Shown: one piece after another, positions 1-12,900 of the stretch
Position numbering within the stretch: position 1 is the stretch's first letter
How the letters are laid out: each line of letters begins with the position of its first letter
Origin: Pocillopora damicornis
Taxonomy: Eukaryota
DNA length: 64,000 nucleotides
Assembly (NCBI RefSeq): GCF_003704095.1
Contig: NW_020844818.1
Coordinates: 1 to 64,000 of the forward strand
Reading direction: 5' to 3'
Position numbers and translations under genes: made by a program
The notes under the pieces: model-generated
What the model was told of the DNA's origin: nothing
The model's database searches: none
The model's input: the letters and a program-made list of their open reading frames with translations, nothing else

Positions 1-3000
1 CCATTATATTAGGTGGTAACCCTGGGGGTGGACCAGGAGGGACCATGCCAGGCATCCCTGGAGGAGGGCCTGGGGGTCTGCCAGGCGGTGGGCCAGGAGG
101 AAACATTCTTGGGGGTGGGGCTCTGATCTGAAAGTTTGGCTGAATGGGTAGACTTCCAGGCTGCTGACTTCCAGGTAGGGGAAGCTGTCCAGGAGGTGGG
201 CCAGGTGGTGGCCCTGGAGGTTGGGGTTGACCTGTCTGTGTCATAGTTTTTCTGGATTGATCTCCTTCATTGCCTGCTTCCTGCTGTGTAAGGGCATAAA
301 ATTAAGTCAGAAGTTTGTGTCTCTTCAAGGTGCAAGATCACAGATAGTTCAACAGGAAACCTCTCACTACAGTGATCCTTGAAGACAGAAAATTCCCTTA
401 ATTCCCTTTTAGCTGCACAGTTTTTGCCTTTTTGTGTTTGTGTTTAACATGATGGTTCCCAAACAAGAACCAACAGTTGCAATGCTAAAAAGTATAAATC
501 AAATCAAGAATGGAAACAACACATGGGAGACAAAATGATCTGAAAAAGATGAAAGCCTACAAGCAGTCAGAAACAGAACATTTCATAAGGAGTGTTCCTG
601 GTAATGGCAGAGTACTTAAATTAAAACTACTTACTGGTTTATCAGGGAGGGGTTGGCCTGCCATTTTAAGAAGAAAGTCTTGTATTGAAGTGGTACCAGC
701 ACTTTTTGAGGACTGGCTCTCACCCCCACTATTTTCAACTTCATCTGCAAACCTCACAGTTCTTTGGCGCTCTCCCATTTCTGCAAACAGCAAAACCATA
801 AAACTCCACTTTTGCTTAAAATATATTTAACGATTTTTAGCAGAGCCACTGTAGAACTTATAACTCCAACAAAATATGGTGAACCTAGCGGGCTGCGAAA
901 AAAAACATTTTCAAAGGAAAACCTTGCATGATGGCTGCACCTGTGCATATTTAAATCTTTCCAAACATTTTATGGTCTCTTTTTTCAAACTGTTAATTTT
1001 GATTAAACGAAAACCAGTAAAAATCAATTGCAGTAGTTGGAGCTCTGAGTTTAGCCTTTACTTAATCAAAATATTGTTTAAAACCTTTATCTCCTTCACT
1101 GTCATCCATGCCATCATCTCTGCTGTCTCCAAGTGGTTGGCCATCTCCAGCATCTCCCTCCAATCTTCCAAGTGGAACTGCAGGATCATACTCCTCTTCC
1201 TCACCTCCTGATTCACTGGTGCTCCCTTCACTGTCATCATCATCATCATACTGACCACTTTCCATGTCCTCAGGTGCTATTCCAGGGGGGAGGGGTGGGG
1301 GAGCACTCATTGGTGGTATACCTGGTGGGGGTCCTGGTGGGGGACCAGGTGGGATCATTCCTGAGGGGCGTTTTGGTGGAGGCCCAGGAGGAGGACCTGG
1401 GGGGATCAAACCTGGAGGAAGGGGCCTAAAGTATGTAAGAGAACAAGGATGTTTTATTGGCAGAGAATCTAAAAAACTCACAAAAATCTTTTAGCATGTG
1501 ATTCACAGCTGCAAAGATTTGTTTGCCAGTAATTTTACTGCGGGTACTGGGTAATTGTAACTTCTGGAGAGTTAGCAAAGGATTAGCTTACACTTGTTAT
1601 GAGTATTAAATAGAGTTTGCAAAGATCTCTTTCTCTGAGTTTTAGTTATAAAACCCTGTTTGACCTCTGTACATTACTAGTATCTGAAAAGTATGATAAC
1701 TACTACAAGAAAACTTCTTCTTGACAGATCATTTATTCAATTTTCAATAGATACATGTACACCACATAAAATTCCACAATGGTCAGCTACTCACAGTTGT
1801 CCAGGTAATGGTCCAGGAAGAGGGATATCACTTGGCATTAACATTCCTAACAGTTTTGAAAAAGTTGAGTTATTAGTGCTACAGAGATGACTTAGAAAAT
1901 AAATCAGTGTGCCCCTACAAATATATTGCACGGTATCATTAATCAGATGAACAGTACCTCTCCCACCTATCAAGGAACAATAAAGACAGAGTAATATGGA
2001 TACACACTACACAAGCATGGAAATAACAGGAGTGACAAAAAAATTTATCTTTTATTTTAACCACAAACACATTTCAAAAACTCAGAACCCTCCTTTACAG
2101 AGAGTATAATGAGGGCTAAAAAGAGAAGATTTTTGTGCCATACCTGCATGGGGAAGAGGGATGTTTGGTGGCAGAGGGATGTCAGGAGGCATTCTTGCTT
2201 CCTGGAAGATAACAGAGTACATGTGCATGTGTCACATCAAGGGAAATGTGAAGAAAAATCTTGGAGCTTTTCAATACACTTTTGTCTCAAGTACACGAAC
2301 CTGAGTTTAAGACATGCCATGCAATTATGGTGTCTTTCTCTACATGTTTGTTCTACAAAAAATCCTCTGTGGTTTTTACCTCAAATTTATATCCTTCTTC
2401 ATCCTTTACCCTAATTTTTGTTATCACCCTCCTCTAGTGTTTTTGTCATGGGTGAATTCAGAAAATTAAGGAAGACCTGATGAAAATGTAGTCTTCTCCC
2501 AACCACAGGACAAAAATACACACTTGAGAGAAAGTTGGTTGACAAGCACTCTTCCAAGTTGGGGTTTAACTGACCTCCTTTTGTTCCTCTTAAATCTGCC
2601 AATTTTCTTTCAGTTTAAATTCTCTATTTAATTGTACATTGTACCCACACCTACCTCTGCTAGAGCTTTTTGTCGTATTTCTGAAAAAGATAATAAATTA
2701 TGTTTTTTTCTGGCAAACACATGTATGTGATGTTCTTAATAAAGATCTTAAGGCAGAGATAAACCATCACAGGGAATCAGTTAGGAGCCATTTTGCTAAA
2801 ATGATGGATATGTTTGCAGTTCAAGTGTTGTGTCTATCTTAAAATTACCACTGGTTTTCTTTAAACGTGCTTAAGCATTTCAAGATTTGTTTTCTTACTT
2901 TCTTGTGGGAAATGCTGAATTGAGGTCTGAAGCAAGATCACAGGTGAGATTTGTGTTTGGTAGGAAGATGAAAATTGTAAAGTTTGTCAAACAAGGGGGC

Positions 3001-6000
3001 TGAATCAGTATGTGCAAAAATAGCAGTTTGCTGTTTGTCAAAAAGATTAGGAGCATGGGGACTGTGATACAAAATAGGCAGCACAATGTCATACTTCCAA
3101 ACTGAAAATTTGAGCCACAAGCATTCAGAATAGCTGGCACATTTATCAGTCAGAGTAGATGGTGAAGTGCCCCCAGTTGCCAGCTCATTATGAAAATCCT
3201 GCATTTGTGCTTATTTTATTTTTTTTCTCTGAAAAAGAATTTTAAAAACCAAAGGCTATCACAGAGATACTGATAAGCCTGTTTGCAGCTAAAACAAGAT
3301 CAAGAAACTTGACAGCCTGAACTAACATACAAGTATTGGTATAAACATGTCAAGGTAGCAGCAAAAATTGATAAAATGTGACCTACTCTGGCAGACAAAG
3401 AAGCCCTCTTAAAGTTTCCTGGTATCAAGTATAAATTACAGTCTATAAATCAGGATGAAAAAGTTATCCACATTACCATGAGCAGACATTTGAGCCTGTA
3501 AACGTTTTCTCTCACTATCAGCAATCAATCTGCAAGGCAAGTTTGAGTTTCATAAATTCCACAAGATCTTAGATGCAGTTTCATGAGATTTTCTTTCCCA
3601 CATCATAGAGGGCAGCATATAATTGGAAAAAATCTCAGGACATCTTAAAGAGTCATTAGAGGTGGCTGAACAACTTCTGATGCATTAAGTGGCCTAACCT
3701 GGCCTAAATGACCTGACCTGAGTAACACTAACATTTTTGCTTCCCTAGTTGACTGGTGGGAACGTTCAATGATTGTATCACTGAATCACTGAATTGAAGC
3801 AAAAGTGGCCCACTCTCATTAAAGAAAGTGAGTTCAAGTTGTCTGTCAACTGCCTGGTGCACATTTTTCATCATTCATCCCTTACAGTAATATTATAACT
3901 GAAGAGACTTAGGGCAACAAGGAACCTCTTCTTTTCCCACAGATAAAACAACAATTGCCAAAGTCACAGATTGACTGACCATTTTTTGTTTGTTTTTACT
4001 TACTGCCTCATTTGTCCAGAGTGAGATGGATCATCTTTCTCCTACAAAAAGTTTCATCAATAACAAATAAGATGTTTCAGGAAACAGATACAATAACATC
4101 ATAAGAATGTAAAAAATTATGGTCAACAACAATCAGAGAAACAAATTTCAGAGAGACTCACATATAGTTTCAACATTCTGTCGAGTGTTTCCTTCAGCTT
4201 TCTTTTCTTCTCTTTAAGTGCCTTGTCATTGGGAAGTGGGACTGGCCCAGCATCAATTTCTAATGATATAGAAAATGCTAAAAATTAATACTGACTTTCT
4301 ATGTGAAGAAAGAAAGATAAAGATGAAGATGAGCAAATGAACTGAAACACAAATACTGACGTCTAATTTCACAGTGACTATATACATTTTATTTAGGTCA
4401 TAAAAATAATTTAAAGAAATTATTATACAAAAACTGTTAAAAAAGAAGAATGCTCACAAGGTTTTTTGTACTGGTGTATAGGTATTGTGTTAGTTTTAAT
4501 GAAAACAAAAAGGTTTCATGTCCAAGAATCAGGACACCAAATATAAGGAAGCTAAAATTTTCAACAACCTTCACATCCCTATTCAAGTACCACAAACCCT
4601 AGAAAACAATGTGGTTTTTAACTTGATCAAAAACAAAACCCTCTCTGGTCCAAGAGCTGTTTTAGAATTGAAATGTGTGGTCCTGACCATGTGAACTCTT
4701 TCAGGGGCTTTTTGAAAACATTTTCACCGATTGGTAATTACCTGTCTAATAAAGTATTAGACACTGGAACTATTGACATACAGTGTACACTTTTAACCCT
4801 TTAATCCCCAAAAAAGATTACCATGTAACTTCTCCCTAAAATATCTGTACACTATTCAGCAAACAGGTGATGAGAATACTCAAACCTATCAGACAGAAGT
4901 TGTTACATTGATGTAACACCAAATTCTCATAACATATTTACAAGGAAATGTGTAGCAACTAGAGTGGAGAATTAACAATTAGATCTTGGGAGTTAAAGGG
5001 TTAAAAGTGATGTTTGATAATTTGTAAACTCATAGGGCTTTTCAAGACCATTATCTCTTGATGTGCGCTGTAAAATTCTATCAATTTATTACTTTAAATT
5101 AGTTCTGCAAAGAACCAGGTGCAAAAGTATTACATTACCCATGGTTTCAATTTTCTCAATTTCCTCTAATATCCTTTGAGGATCCTTGGATTTTAACACA
5201 GCTTCCCGTACCATCTTCCTCTGCTTCTTATTCTAGTGTATGAAAATAAACAAATACATGAATTACTTCCTGTTTTAAGTTTTAGAATTTGGAGGCTTAG
5301 TATCCAGTGTTTAATGGCTGCTATAGTACTAAAAGAAATTTAAAATCTATTTGAACTTCAGGGTGCTGCAGAGAGGACATAAAAACATAAGTACCAAGCT
5401 TGAACAAAGCAAAAGTACTTAAGCATGGATTTTCAAAATTTTGTTGAGAACATTTAAAACACTTAGCATATCTGGTAAAATTTCCGCACAGCCCTATACT
5501 AGTGTAATTCAAATCTGTTTTCCCAATGGAAATGTGTTGTTTTTGGCATTGTTTTCTCTAGTCAAGAACTGAATGCATAATGAAGTATGGGGCTGTGCAG
5601 AAATTTTATTGCATATCTTTGGCATAGAAGTGAAACATGCACCTGTGTATATGCTGCATAGGTCTTTAACAATCCACACATGTGTATTGTTAATTTATGA
5701 AATACAGGTAGAAGCATACATGTAGATCAGCTTACAAAAAGTATTAATTTTTTTATCCATCTATATTGAAATAATTATGGAAACAAAAGTCAAACAATCA
5801 AGATTTTCTAAGAAGAAAATGGTTATTCGAAAAAAGAAAAAAAACAGCTCATTTTTCACATTTGTTCAAACACCTACAACTGTTTTGAGAGGAAGATACA
5901 ACAAACTCAGGTAAGTTTAATCCTTATGGAATTTAATGACTTGAAAATGAGTAGTCTAATTCGTAACTTTCATAGCTGCAGCAGGCTAAACCTCTCGAAA

Positions 6001-6265
6001 TCTGTCATCTAATAAATATTCAAATATTCTCAATCACAAGCATCACAGGCTATGATATCCATCACGCATACCTTCTTCAACTCTCTTTTTCTTGCTTCTT
6101 TCCCTTTAAAAAATAACAAAATCCATTAGTACAGTGAAAGCTGGAAAACTCAAGGTGACAGAAACTGAGTGGAGATGGAAGAATATTTTCAGCCATCTTA
6201 CTTGCTTGATCAGTGGGGTTCATAAACTTCCCACTCTTTGTCGTTGAAATAGACCGCCTCCCCAT
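1..6265 (-). CDS. WBP11: WW domain-binding protein 11 (splicing factor SIPP1/Npw38BP), multi-exon; 3' end runs off the window start
   Basis: Spliced N-terminus [50 protein letters not shown] is the WBP11 signature. GT-AG exons at 6265-6202, 6103-6072, 5232-5139, ~4259-4162, ~4051-4004, ~3529-3477, ~2680-2655, ~2201-2144, ~1846-1795, ~1425-1062, ~780-632, ~284-1. PPGPPPG-rich and acidic tracts follow. Confidence 0.95.
4793..5004. mobile_element. TTAA-flanked (piggyBac-like) MITE
   Basis: TTAACCCTTTAATCCC ... GGGAGTTAAAGGGTTAA terminal inverted repeats, ~210 bp. Related termini recur at ~11881, ~16737, 22687, 26057 and 41488. Confidence 0.8.
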
Positions 6266-6965
6266 CTTGCACTAGTGAAAATACAACAAGTAATGTGTTA
6301 AATGAAAGGATAGTCAAGTGCTGTTAGTGCAGTCAAATAACATGGCGTCCCCTTAAGCTTTGCGACCGCGTCTGAGTGAAAGAGCAGCCATGGCCTTCAT
6401 GATTATTTACTTTTTAAGTAGGGTAGGGTAGGAGGTAGTTTCCGAAAAAATAGTTTTGGAGTTTAGAAAATTTTGCCCTTTCTTGTGGGTTTTTTGCATT
6501 ATAGAAGTTAAAGGATGAGAAAAAATTCAATTTAATCCAAACTTTGAATTAAAATACCCAGGATTCACGATCTACTCAATTCTAATACCTTGACGTTACC
6601 CTACCCTGGTAGGAAAATGCTATGTCGCTTCTTATTGTCTGGGTATTTGCGTGCTTTTGTGTAGTGTCTTTGACTTTTAATTCTTCCAATTTCCTTAGGG
6701 ACTTATCAAGTGTCTCTCTAATTGATCCTTCCTGTTTATAAATGATTTAAGCTTAGTCAGACACTTGTCTTTTTGGCGGGCAAAACGACGAAGCTGCTCA
6801 CTTGTCATAGGTCTGCAAAGTTTAAATAACAATCTGGCCGACATGAAAGCAATGGAAAGCTTTCAAAACGCCTTTGGGAAAATTTAGGCTCCAATAGTAA
6901 CTTTTATTGTCTGTGGAGAAGATTGAACGATGTCGTACAATGCGATGTAATCTCGAGCCTGCACA

Positions 6966-9900
6966 ATGAATTATTTAGAGGGAAGAGTCACAAGGAGCTT
7001 GGAGCGGCAGAGAAGCAGAACTACGTTCTCCCAAGAATCAACTGCAGTTGTGAAGAGTGGATATTTGTGGAAGATTTCTCATCACCCAGGGAGAACTTCA
7101 TCTCGAAGCAGATACTTTGTCCTAACCAAGAGCTCCCTGGATCATTTCAGAAACCATAACAGGGTAAAAGAACAACACATGATATAATGTATTCTATAAG
7201 CTAAACTTCACAAATGTTCACGTGCATTTTCATGGAATTTTCGGAAAGATTTACGCATAAAGCCATTCTGTTCAAGAACAAAGTTTTAGTCGCAAAAACA
7301 TTCTGCTTTTTTTTTCATTCTTGTTTTCTTTTATTAAGAAATTGTATGAGTAATGATGTATGCCGCTCTATGGAAATCTTGCAAAATTTCCACTTGCGTT
7401 GCACAATAACTTGAGTAAAACGCAAACAACACGAAGCTCCCCAGATATAATCAACTCAAATAAGTGCTTGATCTTGTTCGGAAATGATCTTGATAAAGAT
7501 CAGATCATTTTATAGTTAAAAACAATAATTATAATAGGGAGAAAACGAAATTCAGGGAGTTGGGAGAGATAGATTAAAGCCAATTCTGCAAAATTATAAT
7601 AACTTTGGAAGAGGGTGAATTTGACATACTAACATAAGTATGCATATTCTCCATACTGTTCTTAATACATTTCCCAAGTTGCTGAAAAAGATAATTTGTG
7701 TGACAATCAAGAACTTGTCTTGGTGATCATTTCCTTTATCCTTGTGACGGTAAAGTGTGATTTTTGGTTGATCTTGTAGGGAGAAATTAGATGCTAATCA
7801 CTCTTAGGGGACAATGCTCTAAACAACTCCTGAATATTGATAATCAAATGATGATCCTTTCTTATTAGGAAAAACTCAAGGGAAGTCTTCCATTGGCTGC
7901 CATAGATGCTGTGGAGAAGCTGCGAGAAATTAACAACTCCTTAAAGATCACTGGCCCCTTTAAACATCCACTGATTTTACAAGCGTCTGGAATAAAAGAA
8001 TGTCAAGAATGGATAGAGGCCATTGAGAATGGTAAAACAACACTTAAAAATAAAGCAGATTTCATTTGGCCTTGCTAGTGAAATGTTGCATTTCCCATCA
8101 TGTAACCCACCCAGTTTTTTGGAAGAAAAAATGTCAGGTTCTATTTTGTTGATCAACATTTTGATTTTGACGATAATTTGCATCCTAGATTTTAGGGGAA
8201 AAAAATGAAATCAAGACTTGATGTTGTATGGATATTGTTTATATCTGATTTTCTAGTTTGCTTATTATATTGGACAAGTCTGAGTTGGAAAGACAGTAGT
8301 CCATTTTACAGTTGCGTTCTTGGTTGCCAAGCCTTTGAATGGGAGTGAGGCTAGAGTTAACCTTATTATGATACAAATGTTGCTGCTTTTCTAATGTAAT
8401 CCACTTTGTTATCATGCCAACTACATACTGGTCTCTATCACAACAAGGTCACCTTCAGCCTTACTCCAAATCAAAGGCTTGGCAACTAAGTACACAACTG
8501 TGAAGTGGCCTATCAGGGAGTTGAGATGTATTTGTAACCAAGCCATCTTACCTTTTACTAACCCAGGCTTCCTTTGTCAATTTTGTCATTTTCCCTTTTG
8601 TTCATTTCTTTCCCTGATGAACCAAAGGAGCTAGAAGGCAATCATGTCATCGTAAAAATGTTATGTATTAGATTACGAATCATAGAGTTATACTTATGAA
8701 AATGACACATAACTTTTCATTTTAATATTATGGCAATTTGATATTATTTGTATTTAGGAATTCAGCAGTGGTGTTTAGATTCTGATGCAAACTCATCTTT
8801 GCATAAGGAAGATGAAATAGATAGCTTACAATGTTCTTTGAATGCTGCACCAAAGATGAAGGTACCTGGATGTCTGTCTGTACTGATTAGTGCTGAAGTG
8901 AAGTTTATTAAAGTACATTCCATATAAAAACCATTATTTCTGATAGTTGTATTGCAACCTAAATACATTGTCATCTGAATAACTGTAAAAATATGTGAAT
9001 GAGTGGTTTGTCTGCAATGTTTCATAAGCCAGGAAGCCAATCGCATTAAATGAATTTATATTTCCATACCAAGTGAAGCACCTTTGACTTAGGGCTAAAC
9101 AGCAATGTGTAATTCTCAGGAAAACTATATTACTTCATGCCCAGGGTCCAGTTGTTCCAAGGGCAGATAGCACATAAATCACTGTCCAGTGGATAAGTGT
9201 TCATGAAAGGTATTGCATTATCCATGGGATGGAGGTTTATCCAGTTGATAGTGTTATCCACCCTTTGAACTACTGGGCACAGGATGCTTTGTATCCAATA
9301 TAAGAAACATTAACTGATAAGAAACCTTAACTGATCACACAATCCAACTCTATTTTAGCTCAAAAATGTACCTTTGGTTACCAGTTACTCCATCTGCATG
9401 CTACATTCTAGGGTTAATATCAAGCAGCTAAAAATCTGCATGCTTTTACATTCTATAAGGAGATCATATAATCTTCAAAATTTTTGTGGTGATACTGATA
9501 GAAAGTCATCAAAAAGTCATTTGAATCAATATTTATAATTGCTGATACATATTTCTTGATTTTGTTTTTGTAGATGCTCTATCCTTCTTTGTTTTGCCCT
9601 GTTGGTGATGGAGTTTTGATTTCAGGTGAATAATTTTGTTTTGTGTTTGCTGATGATAACATAGACCAGCATATAGTGACTTATATCGTTAGACCTCGTA
9701 ATATCATAATGTGATTCGTTTTTAATTGTTTAGGTTATTTTTTATCTTAGAATCAGTGCTTCATATCTCAATTTAGGACATACCACACAGGTGACTAGAA
9801 CTCTTTGCATGTACTGATTGCCTAGTTTGGAAGTGATTATCAGCTGAATAGACAAAGAGACAAAACCATGCATCAAGAGTTTAATTTCTGACCATTTTTG

Positions 9901-12900
9901 ATATATCATCAGAGTAAACTCCTTGTTTGTTTATTTGTTTGTTTTTGCAGTACGTACTAACACAAGTATTCACCTCAATGTTGGTGAAAGTTGTGGATAT
10001 TTATTAAACCGTGAAACATCAGTGAAAGTAAATATCCACCATTCTTCACCTCCTTTGGTGATTAATTGATAAATACTGTACATTATAAGTAAATTTATCA
10101 TAAAGACAAGATATCATGTTTATTGACTTTATAGATCCATCCATTGACATCATATATGGTTACTCAACTAACATGCATTTTTTAAATTATTGTCCAGCCG
10201 CCAGTGAGCTTCATCAGGAGTTTCCAATGATAAAGTATGCACGTATTGGGAGGTCAATTCCACATGAAAGAGTATTTAAGCTTGACAAAGACAACTTGGT
10301 AAGAGAGAAGATATTTTGAGCTTAGGAGATAAAATTATATTTATTAACTGAGTATATGAGCAAAAATTGTTTTACTTGTAGGTCGTAGAATTATTTTTAT
10401 CTGTCATATTCTATTTTACAGCATATCATGTGGAAGAAAAGGGGAAAAGGTCATAGCTTTTCTTTTACCAACACTTGTGAGTTTGCATCTGAATTGTATT
10501 TCTATGTATTTTCCTGTTTGATTGAGGTTAATCAACCCTCTCATACCCCTTCATTAGTATTCACATTCTCCTTACTGATCTTTCTATATTTCATATAGTA
10601 CTGACAAGGAGAATTTGTTTGACCATCAGAGCTGTTTTAATTGGTGATAATTTCTGTTATTCTTATACAGGGCGTGAAATTGCGCCTAATACAGGCGCCA
10701 ATGCGACTAAATTTTTCACTTTGGCGACCAAATCCTGAAAGTTAGTCACCAAATTGGCAACTAGAACGTTTCATCATAACCTTACCAAGAGATATAGTGA
10801 ATTAAAAAGATTTGCAAAGATAAATCCGCAGCAAACTTCCTTGTTAAGTTTGTTTCCAAAACGTAGCACATGCATCTCGATTGATAACTAGATGCCATCT
10901 TGGATTTAGATGAGCCTGAAAGTTGTATATCATCCATCCTAGTGTCCACTTTGTAGCACGTTAAGGATCTTTTCCCTAACTTAATTTTGGAGGGTCTCTC
11001 TAGAACGCTGACAGCGTAAAGAAAGATTTTGTTTGTCTTTGAAAATGGCGACCAACTTTTTTTGAATTGGCTACCACTTTGAAGAATTTAGGAGCCAAGT
11101 GGCTATCAGAAAAAATAATTAATTTCACGCCCTGTTATAACCTTTACATTTGATTCAAGGGTGATAGTGTGAGGAGAAATTAGAAGTCAGTCACTTATAG
11201 GGTTTAAGGGATCAACAAAACTTTTTCTGTGCTTAATGCTTTATGTGGATGATGTATTTTGTTTTGTTTCATCAGTGTGTTTAGACAGGGTTATTGAGGT
11301 ACGCTGTGGTCAACAAACCAAAAACTTTGTCAAGTTTCCTTACAATGAAGTTGAGGAGCAGTCTTTCTCACTCATGTTTGAGAAACAACAAGGTATTAAT
11401 TTTTTTATCTGTAGAGAATATTGCAGATGAAAAAAACTCATTTTAAAAATGGGGATGAACTTAGATTAGGAGAGAACTTCAAAGTACATACTAGACCTTG
11501 ATTCAGCCATATAACGTGACTTAACATTGATACAAAGACTCCTTGACGCTGTTTAGATCAGAAGTATACTCTGAAGGTCACACTTGATTAAAATGAAAAT
11601 TAAGGTACACAACAGAAAACCACAGCTATTAATGGACACTGGTGCTGTGGTGGAAGATAATTGTGGGCTAAGATAATCAGTAACTATATATACATGATTT
11701 TGCCCTACAGTTGTTTGTATTGGCATTTTCACAAATTTATTCTTCGTCAGTTCAGAAGCATGTTTTCTTTTTATAGGGGAATGGAGTCAGTTATGTTCCT
11801 TGGATCTTATTTGTGACTCAGAAAAAGCTTATGAGAAGTGGACAAGTGCAGTGAGTACTTTATTATTAAATGTGTGATCCTTAACCCTCTCACTACCAGG
11901 AGTGACCAAGAAACAATTTCACCCTTCAACATCAATACACTATTGAGCAGACAGGTAGTGAGAAAAAGGAAATGTATCACCTACTGTACAGTGGGGAATC
12001 GTATTTGAATCAATGCCTAGTTCTCAGAACTAACATTATATGAAATGTATAACAAACAGATGGGAGAATTTGTCAAAGGAGCTTAGTTGGGTTGCTGTCA
12101 GCACATCCACTTTGTGATCTTGTAGTTTTTGCTTTCAAATTGTTGCAGATTTTGATTGCTGTTTGTTGTTTTTGAAAAAATTATCTGGTTACCCTCAACC
12201 TCCTATAAGAAACTACCTTTCTCTTATAAAACTTGCAGCTTCTTGTGAGAGTTTCTACTGTAGCTATGACATGTTATCTGTATTGTTATCTTTTTTCGAT
12301 AGTTCAAACAATTTTTTATTCAGAGAGGGAGAATGTTCCTGATAATAATTTGTGCTATTCTCTTTCTACCATTTAATATTTCTTTTTAAATACCTCAAGT
12401 TTAGCTTTGATGCAGAGTTGTGGCCTTTTATAATGCTGAATTTAAACTTCTTTCAGATGAGAGAGGTTATTTACAGCAGAGATCAAAGAGTAAACAGGCA
12501 CAAATTTGATGGTGTAGATCCAATTGTCCTGTATCCTTTTATAATAGGCTCCGACCTATCTTTTAGGCTCAATTCTTGGCAGTTTGTTTAGTTTCCAGTG
12601 TAATACTCTGTACCTACATTTGTATTGAGTTGGAAGGAAGAAGCAAAAATTTTTGGCTTGAGGTCGTATGTCATGATTGAAAGCCAAATATTTTTTGGTC
12701 TATCTACCCCACCCTAACTTAGGTAATAAGCATTTTATTATATTATTGCTGCTTTTTCCCTTTCCTTTTTTTGGTTTTTTTCTTTTTTCTTATAGGTCAG
12801 TTCATTGGGCTTTGTGGTCCTCATTTTGAGATATTTTATTTTATTGTTTTTCATTTAAAGTGATTATATAAAAGACGCTGTGAAATTAGTGAATTTTGTT

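Noticed and set aside
1133-1494. Gly-rich and His-rich plus-strand ORFs
   Set aside because: Antisense shadows of the WBP11 Pro/Asp-rich exon.
2895-3204. Overlapping 81/88-aa ORFs in WBP11 intron
   Set aside because: No recognisable domain; the right end resembles a decayed CAGG-type transposon terminus, and the WBP11 frame closes without them.
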